From Gammaproteobacteria bacterium (GTDB lineage: Bacteria > Pseudomonadota > Gammaproteobacteria > Eutrophobiales > Eutrophobiaceae): 64,000 nucleotides of DNA. The notes beneath the pieces are model-generated. The model did not search any database. It was not told the DNA's origin and worked only from the letters and a program-made list of their open reading frames with translations. The stretch is taken from positions 640,001 through 704,000 of the forward strand of contig CBDCDS010000003.1 in the NCBI GenBank assembly GCA_965215365.1, read 5' to 3'. Positions 10,441 to 20,497 of the stretch are shown one piece after another. How positions within the stretch are numbered: position 1 is the first letter of the stretch; the number at the start of each line of letters is the position of its first letter. Made by a program: the position numbers and the translations under genes.

Positions 10441-10719
10441 GTGCAGGACGCGCTGGATTATGGCGAGGTGTTGATTGACCAGCCGGAATCTTATGAAAGG
10501 CAAGGCAAACGTCACACGCTGATCGCCTATTACGAGGATGACGGCTGGTGGCGACACGTCATCGAAGTGCGGCACAAGCAACTGCTGCTGCTGACAGCAT
10601 TTCGAGACGAATATTCTGATATACGCACCGAGGATGTACTGCGCCGCCCGGGCCTGGTGACCGTGAGAGACTGGGACGAGAACCGCTGGCGGGACAGACC
10701 GAAAGAGAGTGGGAAGTGA
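10441..10719 (+). pseudogene. Probable C-terminal extension of MuF (BECR/RelE-like nuclease domain)
   Basis: Follows the MuF fragment; beta-rich pattern ending LLLLTAFR; fold assignment is inference. Confidence 0.4.
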
Positions 10720-10849
10720 AGCATGGAAGGCGAATATCTCCACGGGCTCCCCGGCACAATCCGCTATGGATAGCCGGGTTCTACGGTAAATCTGTACTCT
10801 ACCTCACTTCCCAGAGTGCAGTATAACACAAAATGAAAACAGAACGTAA

Positions 10850-12373
10850 CTACTCGCCCCCCTTACCCTGATCTCTTGTTCTGATCTGGTTTTTCTTAAC
10901 CGTTTTATTTTTGAGCGGTTTTTCCACCATGGTGGCGGCGTCTCCCTTGAGTGCTATCTCGATGGCGGCGAGGGGATTGTAGCCCTTCAGGGTCATAGAC
11001 TGCAAGTAGCTGGAGATGCGGCAGTAGGTGTCGGCGTAGGCGGTGGTTCGGAAGCAGCCGGAGACTTTTTGTTTGACTTTAGCCATACGGATATCGCGTT
11101 CGGCGCGGTTGTTGGTGAACGGCACGTTGGGGTCGCGGGCGAAGCGGAGGACTTCGGTTTCGTACTTGACGAGGGCATCATGGAGGTTTTGTGCCTCACA
11201 TTGGGCAATCCGTCCGCGTTGGCCGGTGAGCCGTTTCGGGGGTGTGGGGAGTTCCCGTTTGGCTTGTGTCAGGATAGTCCGGTAGCGGGTGCGCAGGGAC
11301 TGGTAGTCGGTCTCGCTGAGTGCCTTGTTTTTATGTGTGCGCACCTGTCGGCAGGTCTTGAGCAGGAGGCGGCTCATACGTTGGGCCCAGGCATGGCCGT
11401 GGGCGTCCTCGATAAAGGCCAAGTTACGCAACAGGTGACTGCCGCACAGGGCATGCTCGCAGTTGTCATAGGCGAAGTAGCTGGCCCAGCGGTCGTGCAC
11501 GAGAACACCGCCGTAGCGGGGGACGATGCCGATGTCCTTGAGGGCGTCCCCGCCCCGCTTGCGGTGGCAGTGTTTCAGTACCAGGTTCCCGGCACTGGTG
11601 CTGTGCAGCCAGTGTTGTGTGCGGTCGATGCGCAAGGAGGTCTCATCGGCGTGCAGCACGGGCTCTGTGAGCAGGCGGGCGATAGCCGCCCGCTCCCACC
11701 CGGCCAGGGCCTCATGCACCCGCGTGAGCCAGGCCAGTAAGGTCGCCTCGGCGACGGCGCGCCCGGTCAGTGCATGAAGTGTCTGCGCCGTACGTTTGAG
11801 CGAGAGCATTTGGGCCGTTAACAGGTGCGTGGCGAAAGCCACGATGCCAGGGCCGTATTGTAAAGGCCCCGGCATGTCATCGGGAAACGCCCCGTGGGTC
11901 TCAGTGCCACAGCGCGGACAGGTTTTTATCTCGGCGTCAATGGTCAACTCGGTCGTCTCGAAGACTATATCGACCTTGACTCGTCGCACATGGCCGGTGG
12001 GGGCGGTGCCTTTGAGATCATGCCCGCAGGCCCGGCAGCCGGTCACGGGCACCGTGCGGGTCTGAGCCACCACGCGCCGGGACGCGCTGGGCACCGTCCC
12101 GGTCTGCGGCCCCTTGCCCTGCTTGCCGGGCCGTGTGCGCGCACTGTCATCGGGGTCGGTGCGGGAACTGGGCAGGCTGGAGTTGTGCGCCCCCTTCGGT
12201 GTGGTCTTCTCTAAGAACACCGCCAGCAGCAACTCGAATAGCAGCAACATCGACTCGAACAGCGCACGCCCTTCGGGACTCAGCGCGCCGTCGGCGCACA
12301 ACGCCTTAAAACGCATTCGGATGGCCTCGAACTCCGCACGCAATGAGGCCTTGTTCACCGTGGCCATGTGCAC
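10850..12373 (-). CDS. IS66-family transposase (TnpC-like)
   Basis: NSSLPSS, Zn-finger CxxC, LHADET, HALCGSHLLR, VPFTNNRAERDIRMAKVKQKVSGCFR. Confidence 0.92.
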   Translation of the reverse strand: MHMATVNKASLRAEFEAIRMRFKALCADGALSPEGRALFESMLLLFELLLAVFLEKTTPKGAHNSSLPSSRTDPDDSARTRPGKQGKGPQTGTVPSASRRVVAQTRTVPVTGCRACGHDLKGTAPTGHVRRVKVDIVFETTELTIDAEIKTCPRCGTETHGAFPDDMPGPLQYGPGIVAFATHLLTAQMLSLKRTAQTLHALTGRAVAEATLLAWLTRVHEALAGWERAAIARLLTEPVLHADETSLRIDRTQHWLHSTSAGNLVLKHCHRKRGGDALKDIGIVPRYGGVLVHDRWASYFAYDNCEHALCGSHLLRNLAFIEDAHGHAWAQRMSRLLLKTCRQVRTHKNKALSETDYQSLRTRYRTILTQAKRELPTPPKRLTGQRGRIAQCEAQNLHDALVKYETEVLRFARDPNVPFTNNRAERDIRMAKVKQKVSGCFRTTAYADTYCRISSYLQSMTLKGYNPLAAIEIALKGDAATMVEKPLKNKTVKKNQIRTRDQGKGGE

Positions 12374-13047
12374 TGTGCCTCCACCGCCATCATCGCCGCC
12401 AGCACCGCCAGCCGCTCGGCCGGGGGCAAGTCACGATAACGCCGCCCCCAGTTCTCAGCCTTGCGCTTGACCTGCTGGCGGTGCGTGAAGTTGCGCCCCG
12501 CATAGCGCACCCAGTGCACCCGGTCCGGCACAAAATTGAACCAGACCCGCTCGGTCACCACCCCGCCCTGATTCATCACCTGCAAGGACACACTGCGCCA
12601 GCCCGCCAGCACCTCATCATACAAGGCCGAAGGATACCCCGACACCATCACCGCACAGGGCAGCCCCTGCAGTAACGCCAGCAGCGCCTCATGGTCTGAG
12701 TCCTCGTAGTCATACCGGTAACGGTGCCGTGACTTGCGCGTGCTGTGCAGGTAGGGCGGGTCGCTGTACACCAACTCCGTGCCGTCAAACGGAAAAGTCG
12801 CCAACCAGCGGTGACAACACCCCTGCACCAACTCCACCGGATACCCACACGTAAACCCCGCCAACGCCCGCACATCAAGATCAATCCCAATGTTGCGCAA
12901 CGCCGCCGGCTTGCGCTGCATAATCGCCCCGCCGCCTAAGTGTGTCTCAATGTACACACTGTGCGGCGGCATCATCGCAATGAGCGGCTGGCACAGACCC
13001 GTCGTGGCTTTCGACCCTCGGTACGCATTCCCCATGACGACCAACAT
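12355..13047 (-). CDS. DNA adenine methyltransferase (Dam/D12-like) inside the IS
   Basis: YRGSK, YIETHLGGGA SAM-binding motif, YSDPPY catalytic motif; overlaps the transposase start. Confidence 0.85.
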   Translation of the reverse strand: MLVVMGNAYRGSKATTGLCQPLIAMMPPHSVYIETHLGGGAIMQRKPAALRNIGIDLDVRALAGFTCGYPVELVQGCCHRWLATFPFDGTELVYSDPPYLHSTRKSRHRYRYDYEDSDHEALLALLQGLPCAVMVSGYPSALYDEVLAGWRSVSLQVMNQGGVVTERVWFNFVPDRVHWVRYAGRNFTHRQQVKRKAENWGRRYRDLPPAERLAVLAAMMAVEAQCTWPR

Positions 13048-13199
13048 AACGCCATGACGCTATGTTGTCAAGGACGCCTTGACAAAAAATTCAGTAGAAT
13101 TAGAGGGAGGGGGCGAGTAGTTACAACAGAACAATTCATACCAGTAAGTATATCACGGCGGTCTGTTTTGTGGTCAGTTTGGGTAAGTATTTGATACAG

Positions 13200-14200
13200 T
13201 CAGACTTTTTCAAACAGGGTCAGGCTTAATATCTGTAATATTGTGTAGAGTTCGGTAGGCAGATCGAGCCGTTTTTTGATGATGGCGACCAAGACATAAA
13301 CGCCAATAGCGGTCCGGATTTGGGTTTTCACAGCATTCTCAGAGGTGCCGAAGAAGGCCTTGATACGCAGGTGTTGTTTGATCCATTTGAAGAACAACTC
13401 GACCTGCCACCGGCAACGATACAAATCGGCAATGGTGACGGCCGGCAGGGTCAAGTTGTGGGTGAGGAACACCCGTGTTTTGCCGGTGTTGGCATCGTGA
13501 TAGCGGATACGACGCAGGGTGTCGGGATAGCGCGGTGCGGAGCGTTGGCCGGTCAGCACGCCGGTCTGGTCGATGCGGCGGGAGTAGCGGCGCGCAAACT
13601 TGAGGTTGGACTTGGCTCGGATTACGAACAAGGCCGAGGCTAAGGTGAGGCCATGCAGTCGTTCGAAGTCGAGGTAGGCACGGTCCATGACGTAGAAGGC
13701 GCCGGGCTCGGGGATAAGCAGGTCGAGGGCATTGACATCGTGCAGTTTACCGTCGGAGACATGGATAAAGGCGGGGATACTGCCTTGTAAGTCCAGTAAG
13801 GTATGCAGTTTGATGGCGGCCTTGGTCTGTCGGAAGTGCGCCCAGGGGAATACGGACAGGCACAGGTCGACCTCGATATCGCGCAGGCTCTCGCGGTGGG
13901 TGAGTTGGGCGAAGGCCAGGCATAGGAACTGGTCAAGACAGGTAAAAGACTTGACGTAGCGATTGCCGTGGTAGCGTTGGACGCAGCGGCGGAAAGTGTG
14001 CATGGGCAAGTGGGCCATGAGTTGTGAGAAGACGAAATTGCCGGTATACATGGGGCTGCACTCCTTGGTTATGAATGGGAGTCACAGCATGGCAGTCAGG
14101 GTCGGTGGAGTTCAAGTCGATGACAGGCATAAAACGACTGTTTATTAAGTTGTATCAATGAGTTATGATGCACGAACAAGGTTTTCTTGGGACACTAGTG
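13200..14200 (-). pseudogene. IS4-family element with an internally deleted transposase (ORF 13200-14051)
   Basis: QLTHRESLRDIE, YVMDRAYLDF, YRCRWQVELFFKWIKQHL (YREK); only 283 aa; left end TTGGGACACTAGTG at 14187-14200. Confidence 0.85.
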
Positions 14201-14266
14201 AGGCGGCCTCTAAAAATCAGGGAATTATATACGATAGCGCCGAACCGCTATCAAGACCGATATTGG

Positions 14267-14896
14267 TTACTCCGGCTCAAATCTTTGCAGGAATGCAAGC
14301 GCATTTTTCAAAAAGTCCTTGCCATTGCGGAATCTCCCCAACCCTGTATTGCAACTATCGCAAACATAATCCCTTGCATCTCCAGTTAAATGTCCATGAT
14401 CTAAAACAATCTTGACGGTTACCCCCACTATGCCGTCTTTTTCACATATAGGACAACGCCAGAACACTCCTATTGGGGGCTTATAAGGAACAGAGCCATC
14501 TTTACGCTTCGCATGATTGCGCACGCCGTCAATGCCCCTTCTGCAATCTACGCAGGTAGGACGATATATCGTTGAACCATCCTTCCGAGTTTGGTTTGCA
14601 TCGAAATGTTTTAACGCTTTAAGGGTAAAACACTGATTACAGACTTTTTCAATTTGATCTTTTGGCTTCAATCCTACATGCTTCATAAACTCGCGCTGAC
14701 GGGCGCTGATTTGAATAGGATATTCCTCTGGAGCAAAAGGCTTAACCGCATCTGTCGGTAAAACTTGCACGCGTCCACCCAATGGAATTTTAACTTCGAC
14801 CCCTCGGTCTGTGCGTTTTTGCACCATTGCCAACCGCCCATCAGCAACAATGACAACCCATTCAGGGGGCTGCTCTGGCGGTTCATTTGATGTCAT
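14267..14896 (-). CDS. Hpy99I-like beta-beta-alpha-metal (endonuclease VII fold) restriction endonuclease
   Basis: Four CxxC pairs; CPIC...KIVLDHGHLTG...VCDSCNTGLGRF; ATGA overlap with the upstream methylase; lower GC. Confidence 0.8.
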   Translation of the reverse strand: MTSNEPPEQPPEWVVIVADGRLAMVQKRTDRGVEVKIPLGGRVQVLPTDAVKPFAPEEYPIQISARQREFMKHVGLKPKDQIEKVCNQCFTLKALKHFDANQTRKDGSTIYRPTCVDCRRGIDGVRNHAKRKDGSVPYKPPIGVFWRCPICEKDGIVGVTVKIVLDHGHLTGDARDYVCDSCNTGLGRFRNGKDFLKNALAFLQRFEPE

Positions 14897-15675
14897 GCGG
14901 TTGCTGCCATGATCTGGTTTCCCAGCCTGGTTTTTGCAATGTCAATGTATTCCTCGGATATATCAATGCCGATCCAATCACGACCGTTATAAGCTGCCAT
15001 TTTGCAAGTTGTGCCTGACCCGCACATCGGATCAAATACCAGATCGCCGGGATTCGTCCACGAAAGGATATGATCTTCGGCCAGCTTTTCTGGAAATACT
15101 GCCGGATGATTAAATGCTATTTTGTCCCTTGTGGTTCCTCCCAGACCAACCGCATAAGCCCATATATTGGTCCTGGTCTTTTCTTTCTTTAATTCTTTCA
15201 GCACTTTGTTATTGACCGCATCCGGGCCCTTGTTGTGAACCATCATTTCGTAGCCGTTGCGGACTGTTTTTTCCTTAATCGGATTGAATGTATCAGGTGA
15301 CCCTTTGGAAAATACAAACATGAACTCGTGACAGTTAGTGTAAGCGTTGCTGCGCATGAAAGGTGTATTTTTCTTCTGGTAAATCATCACGTCATGGACG
15401 CGGAATCCCAAAGCCTGGAAAAACAGCGCTTGCTTCATACTGGTCAGCGTCCTGCCGCCATGACCATTTATCTTGTCACCCACGACCCAAACAACCACGC
15501 CTCCTTCCTTCGTGACACGAAACAGTCCTGCCGCTATATCTTCAAATGGAAATGAATAACCCTGGTAATTCCTCAAATTGTCATACGGCGGCGATGTGAC
15601 AGTTAAATCAACCATGCCCTCATCCATGGCGGCCATAATTTTCACACAGTCGCCCGTGTAAAGGTGGTTTCTCAT
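14893..15675 (-). CDS. Beta-class DNA methyltransferase, probably N4-cytosine
   Basis: TSPPY, HPAVFP, FDPMCGSGTT. Confidence 0.9.
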   Translation of the reverse strand: MRNHLYTGDCVKIMAAMDEGMVDLTVTSPPYDNLRNYQGYSFPFEDIAAGLFRVTKEGGVVVWVVGDKINGHGGRTLTSMKQALFFQALGFRVHDVMIYQKKNTPFMRSNAYTNCHEFMFVFSKGSPDTFNPIKEKTVRNGYEMMVHNKGPDAVNNKVLKELKKEKTRTNIWAYAVGLGGTTRDKIAFNHPAVFPEKLAEDHILSWTNPGDLVFDPMCGSGTTCKMAAYNGRDWIGIDISEEYIDIAKTRLGNQIMAATA

Positions 15676-15709
15676 GCGATCAGGTTCTCATAATTCAGGG
15701 CGCGTTGCT

Positions 15710-16720
15710 TCAACGCGACTGCGGGTAGTGGTCTCGAATCAGTGATAACAAGCGGGTGGCATCATCTGTTGCCTCCCATTCATTATCCTCATTGACCACA
15801 ATCAGCTCGGTTTTGTTACCGACACCAGTCAGGCTGATTTGCCATGAACCGGACGCGTTGCTGGCATTTTTCTCACGCGTTTGTCCACTTGCGCCGAGCT
15901 GATAGGCACCCTGTTCCGAGTCGCTGCCGGTTACCTGCAGACCACTGTTTTGTAAGGCAATTCCGGTGTTCTTCCAGGCCTGTTCAAAGGCTTCGGGAAT
16001 GGCCAGATACATTTTGCCGTCACCGGCATCGACTACCCGTAAGGCACCATCAGCGCCAGTTTGGGAAGCACCTGCCCCCGGCTCATCGACAGGCGCGGCC
16101 GGCGCCGGTGTTGCGGCAGGTTCACCGGCGCCAAGGAACCGGGCGAGCTCGGCAGCAAATAGTCTTTCCTGTTCCTGGTCTTGGTCTTGCTCGAGCCAGT
16201 CGGCATTGTCATCAATTCGGGTTTGGCGCAGTTGGCTGATGACCAGCGTTGAGCTGTCCGGCGTGCCGCCGGCTTCGGCAAAAATTTTGTATTTGTAACG
16301 ATACTGCAAGCCAGCCTGTTGTTCGGTCGCAGACCAACCGGTCTCCAGCACCCCCAGCTCACTATCGTCAAGCTCAACAGAGTAATTTTCCGAGGCAATA
16401 AACTCAAGCAAGCGCGGCCACAGCTGTTGTGTTGACATCGGCAGGGTCAACCACTGTTCGCCTGTTTCGGTGCTGCCCGAAGCAATATCGGGGCCGCCGG
16501 GCGCGCGCGGATTTTTATAACTGGACAACGTGACCGGTGCCTCGCCCGGTATGTTCATGGAATCATTGATAGCATTGGCGGTCAAATCCGGCGGGATTTC
16601 CAAATCCGGCATGCTCTCGCTTTTCTTGTACTCGCTCTTTTTGTCGGGCAGGTACGCGCAAGACGCTAGCAGAGACAGGCCCGACAGGATGGTTGCAAGA
16701 GTTAAAACAGGTGTTTTCAT
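15710..16720 (-). CDS. bamC: Outer membrane protein assembly factor BamC
   Basis: Lipobox LLASC, LEIPPDL motif; downstream of dapA. Confidence 0.85.
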   Translation of the reverse strand: MKTPVLTLATILSGLSLLASCAYLPDKKSEYKKSESMPDLEIPPDLTANAINDSMNIPGEAPVTLSSYKNPRAPGGPDIASGSTETGEQWLTLPMSTQQLWPRLLEFIASENYSVELDDSELGVLETGWSATEQQAGLQYRYKYKIFAEAGGTPDSSTLVISQLRQTRIDDNADWLEQDQDQEQERLFAAELARFLGAGEPAATPAPAAPVDEPGAGASQTGADGALRVVDAGDGKMYLAIPEAFEQAWKNTGIALQNSGLQVTGSDSEQGAYQLGASGQTREKNASNASGSWQISLTGVGNKTELIVVNEDNEWEATDDATRLLSLIRDHYPQSR

Positions 16721-16782
16721 AACAGACCTCTGGTTGGTATTGCGTGTTCATACAAGGGGCATCCCGCTCAGGAGCGGCCCTG

Positions 16783-17679
16783 TCAAATCACCTCTGCTTG
16801 TTGCATGGCCGCTTCAACCCGAGCATGGAGCTCTTCGGAAAGCCAGGTCATGGGCAGGCGGATGCCGTTTTCGATCAGGCCGAGCCGTTGCATGGCCCAC
16901 TTGGTCGGTATCGGGTTGGATTCAAGAAACAGCGATTGGTGCAAGCCCAGCAGTTTGGTGTCTAAAGCCTTGGCTGCGTCCCGGTTACCGGCGCGCGCCA
17001 GCCGACACAGTTCGTGCATTGCCGCCGGCGCCACATTGGCCGTGACGGAAATCACCCCATCGCCACCCATCAGCATAAAATCACAAGCCGTCTCATCATC
17101 GCCGCTGAGCAGCAGAAAGTCCTCGCCACAGGTTGCGCGCAGCGCGCAGACCCGGTCCACCTCGCCGGTTGCTTCCTTGACCCCGATGATGTTATCGACC
17201 TGCGCCAGCCGGGACACGGTTTCAGGCAGCAGGTCGCAAGCCGTGCGCGCCGGCACATTGTAGAGCAGCTGGGGAATGGAGACACTATCGGCAATCACCT
17301 TGAAGTGTGCATACATACCGGCCTGGGTCGGTTTGTTGTAGTACGGCGTCACCAGCAAACAGGCGTCGGCGCCGGCTTGTTGTGCATAGGCCGTCAACTC
17401 GATAGCCTCGATCGTTGAGTTTGCGCCGGTACCGGCGATGACCGGCACGCGCCCGTTGACGACCTCCACAACCTGTTTGATGACCCGGCAGTGTTCATCC
17501 GGCATCAACGTTGCTGATTCGCCTGTTGTGCCTACGGCAACAATACCGTCCGACCCGTTGTCAATGTGGAATTCGACCAGCTGCGCCAAGGCGTTGAGGT
17601 CCAGCGGCGCATCCGGGGCGACGCCCCCCTGCATGGGGGTGATGATGGCAACTAGGCAGCCTGAGAACAGATCTTTCAT
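16783..17679 (-). CDS. dapA: 4-hydroxy-tetrahydrodipicolinate synthase
   Basis: GTTGESATL, PYYNKP, YNVPART, GVKEATG, ESNPIPTK. Confidence 0.98.
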   Translation of the reverse strand: MKDLFSGCLVAIITPMQGGVAPDAPLDLNALAQLVEFHIDNGSDGIVAVGTTGESATLMPDEHCRVIKQVVEVVNGRVPVIAGTGANSTIEAIELTAYAQQAGADACLLVTPYYNKPTQAGMYAHFKVIADSVSIPQLLYNVPARTACDLLPETVSRLAQVDNIIGVKEATGEVDRVCALRATCGEDFLLLSGDDETACDFMLMGGDGVISVTANVAPAAMHELCRLARAGNRDAAKALDTKLLGLHQSLFLESNPIPTKWAMQRLGLIENGIRLPMTWLSEELHARVEAAMQQAEVI

Positions 17680-17698
17680 ATTCTTTGATATTGCATAA

Positions 17699-17760
17699 GA
17701 TCACCTCTCACAAACACGAGGTGACTGTGCAGCACAGGGATGTGTTGCCAGTAACTGCAA
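17699..17760. repeat. Miniature element family A, partial copy
   Basis: CACCTCTCACAAACACGAGGTG...GTGCAGCACAGGGATGTG matches the reverse of 48335-48393. Confidence 0.75.
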
Positions 17761-17868
17761 TCATGTCAGTGGCCTGTTAAGTGCCCCTATAGCGGAATCC
17801 GTGTATAATACACCAGTTTAAGCCGCCGTGCATTGGCCCTGTTTGACTGCCTGATCCGGATTTCAATA

Positions 17869-18396
17869 ATGATACAATTCCTTGCGCTGACCGTTATTGG
17901 TAAGTATGACCTTGCCCTGCCGGAACGGTTGACCGGCGTTATCGCAGAATCAGGATGCAATATCCGGGAAAGTCGGATCACCATACTCGGACAGGAGTTT
18001 TCCATGCTGTTGCTGCTCGCCGGGAACTGGAACGCGGTGGTCAAGGTTGAGGACGCGCTGGGCCGGCTGGGGCAGGAACAGGATTTATCCGTCAGTATGC
18101 GCCGCACGGAATTGGACAAGGCGGAAAAGAATCTCATGCCTTATGCCATCGACGTAGTATGCAGCGATCGTGTTGGCGTGGTCAACCGGATAACCCGTTT
18201 TATCCTGGACAATGGCATCCAGATTCGGGATTTATCCACAACCACCTACGAAGCCTCGCATACCGGCACCGAGATGTTTTCCCTGCACCTGACCATTCAC
18301 GTGCCGGTGGAGATATCCATTTCCTCATTACGCAACGACTTTCTGGAGTTTTGCGACCAGTTGAACCTGGACGCGATTATTGAACCGGTGAAATGA
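17869..18396 (+). CDS. gcvR: Glycine cleavage system regulator (ACT domains)
   Basis: GCNIRESR, DRVGVV; dapA-gcvR-bcp synteny. Confidence 0.88.
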   Translation: MIQFLALTVIGKYDLALPERLTGVIAESGCNIRESRITILGQEFSMLLLLAGNWNAVVKVEDALGRLGQEQDLSVSMRRTELDKAEKNLMPYAIDVVCSDRVGVVNRITRFILDNGIQIRDLSTTTYEASHTGTEMFSLHLTIHVPVEISISSLRNDFLEFCDQLNLDAIIEPVK

Positions 18397-18415
18397 CGAA
18401 CACGGCACTATTTCT

Positions 18416-18459
18416 GGGAACCTCTAAAAATACCCTCCGTGGTATTTTTAGAGGTTCCC
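18416..18459. repeat. Family A perfect palindrome
   Basis: GGGAACCTCTAAAAATACC-CTCCGT-GGTATTTTTAGAGGTTCCC. Confidence 0.85.
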
Positions 18460-18765
18460 ATCACTTATTGAGAGCCATCATGTTTCACAAGGCAACAAGC
18501 GACTGGGTGAGATCTGCGGGATAGCCCGCATATCTCACCGAGTGATGCGAAGATCGCGCCGGATTGGTTCTGCCTGCGGGTGCCTGCGACCGAAACCATA
18601 GTGGTTCTCTGGTTGAGGAAGCACGTGCCTGCAGGCAGAACCAAGACCCGCGAGGGCGCATCAAGCGCAGTGGGTTATGGGGAAAGAGTAGCAGTATGAT
18701 CATCACTTATTGAGAGCCATCATGTTTCACAAGGCAACAAGCGACTGGGTGAGATCTGCGGGCTA
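18460..18765 (-). repeat. Family B tandem array (one partial plus one full unit, period 242)
   Basis: ATCACTTATTGAGAGCC... recurs at 18460 and 18702; reverse complement of the 24068 units. Confidence 0.88.
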
Positions 18766-18779
18766 AGGGTGACGCGACT

Positions 18780-19253
18780 ATGAGCACAATTAAGACCGGC
18801 GCCAAGGCGCCGGATTTCGAGCTGCCGGCCACCGGCGGCCAGACTATCAGGCTGTCCGATCTTAAGGGTAAAAACGTGGTTATTTATTTCTACCCCAAAG
18901 ACAGCACCTCGGGGTGTACCAGAGAAGGGGCAGATTTCCGTGACAACATTGAGGCTTTCAACGCGCACGACACAGTCATCCTCGGTGCCTCTAGGGACAG
19001 CATGAAGTCTCACGAAAACTTCAAGGCCAAACAGGCGTTTCCGTTCGACCTGTTATCCGACGAGGACGAACACCTATGCGCGCTGTTCGACGTCATCAAG
19101 GAAAAAAGCATGTACGGCAAGAAATACCTGGGTATTGAGCGCAGTACCTTCCTGATCGACAAAACCGGCGTCCTGCGCAAGGAATGGCGCAAGGTGAAGG
19201 TAGCAGGACATGTGCAGGAGGTGCTGAACAGCGTGATGGAATTGGCGGGTTAG
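18780..19253 (+). CDS. bcp: Peroxiredoxin Bcp
   Basis: YFYPKDSTSGCTREG; GIERSTFLID. Confidence 0.95.
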   Translation: MSTIKTGAKAPDFELPATGGQTIRLSDLKGKNVVIYFYPKDSTSGCTREGADFRDNIEAFNAHDTVILGASRDSMKSHENFKAKQAFPFDLLSDEDEHLCALFDVIKEKSMYGKKYLGIERSTFLIDKTGVLRKEWRKVKVAGHVQEVLNSVMELAG

Positions 19254-19262
19254 CCCGAACCT

Positions 19263-20327
19263 TCAGGAGGCCGGCTCCTGCTCCTGCGTCGGCCAGACGT
19301 TGATCAAGGCTTTTACTAGGGTAGCCAGCGGGATGGCAAAAAACACCCCCCAGAAACCCCAGAGTCCGCCGAACACCAAGATGGCGATGATGATCGCCAA
19401 CGGATGCAGGTTGACGGCGTCTGAAAACAGCAGCGGCACCAGGATGTTGCCGTCTAAGAACTGGATGATGAAGTAGGCCACAACCAGCCAGACAAAGACC
19501 GGCTCAAAGCCCCACTGGAAATAGGCAACCAGTGCTACAGGCAGGGTCACCACGGCGGCGCCGATGTAGGGAATCAGGACCGACAGTCCCACAGTGATAG
19601 AGAGCAGGGAAGCATAATTGAGCCCGAACAGCTTGAAAACGATATACGAAGTCGCGCCGACGATGGCGATTTCATACACCTTGCCGCGGATATAATTGCC
19701 GATTTGTGCATCCATCTCCCGCCACAGGTGGCTGACCAGACTGCGGTCGCTGGGCAGAAAACGGCTCAGCCAGCCGCGGATGCTGTCTTTGTCCTTGAGA
19801 AAAAAGAAAATCATCAACGGCACCAGGACCAGGTAAACCAGCACGGTGATGATAGCCGGAATCGACGCCACCGACACGGTTACCAGTTCCTGGCCGAAAT
19901 CACTGGCGCCGCGGCGCAGGGCCAGACTGATCTCAGTCACCAGCTCGGCAGAAAAAATACCCGGATAGCGCTCTGGCAGGCGCAACAGCAGCTCCTGCCC
20001 GCGGTTCAGCATACCAGGCAATTCCTGGAAAAACTGGCTGGTCTGTCCGGACAGGATGGGCAGCAGGCCAACCGTGATGAATCCCATCACCAGTACAAAC
20101 AGCAGGAACACCAGCACTACCGCGCCGAATCTGGGCACATTGTGGGTGGTGAGTTTCTGTATCGGGGCTTCCAACAGGTAGGCCAACACAACCGCAGCCA
20201 GCAGCGGCGCCAGCATGCTGCCCATGAAATAAAAGATGATGAACCCACCTACCAGCAAAACAACTAGCACGGCAGCCTGTGGATGGGTAAAATAGCGCCG
20301 GTACCAGTTACTGAAAAAGTCGAACAT
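19263..20327 (-). CDS. perM: AI-2E family transporter (PerM-like)
   Basis: Multi-TM; LIPYIGA, LDGNILVPLLFSDAVNLHP; adjacent to bcp. Confidence 0.85.
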   Translation of the reverse strand: MFDFFSNWYRRYFTHPQAAVLVVLLVGGFIIFYFMGSMLAPLLAAVVLAYLLEAPIQKLTTHNVPRFGAVVLVFLLFVLVMGFITVGLLPILSGQTSQFFQELPGMLNRGQELLLRLPERYPGIFSAELVTEISLALRRGASDFGQELVTVSVASIPAIITVLVYLVLVPLMIFFFLKDKDSIRGWLSRFLPSDRSLVSHLWREMDAQIGNYIRGKVYEIAIVGATSYIVFKLFGLNYASLLSITVGLSVLIPYIGAAVVTLPVALVAYFQWGFEPVFVWLVVAYFIIQFLDGNILVPLLFSDAVNLHPLAIIIAILVFGGLWGFWGVFFAIPLATLVKALINVWPTQEQEPAS

Positions 20328-20349
20328 AGGTATTTCCTGTCAGCCTTAA

Positions 20350-20377
20350 GGCCACCTCTCACAAACACGAGGTGACC
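20350..20377. repeat. Minimal family A palindrome flanked by TTAA on both sides
   Basis: TTAA-GGCCACCTCTCACAAACACGAGGTGACC-TTAA. Confidence 0.75.
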
Positions 20378-20497
20378 TTAAACTTTATCATAACCTCAAA
20401 AAATGATTGAAGCCAATACTGTACACCGCATCGACCAGACCGGGCTGGCCTGGAGTCCGGTTGCAGGGAGGCGCGCCGGCTCAGCGGGGGATAGCCA

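Larger units (their letters stand above)
10846..13124 (-). mobile_element. Complete IS66-family element with a passenger DNA methyltransferase
   Basis: 16-bp perfect terminal inverted repeats GTAACTACTCGCCCCC; 8-bp target duplication AACAGAAC at 10838-10845 and 13125-13132. Confidence 0.92.

Noticed and set aside
8443-10830. Functional prophage or tailocin
   Set aside because: Only fragments remain, in conflicting orientations, with no tape measure, capsid or lysis genes
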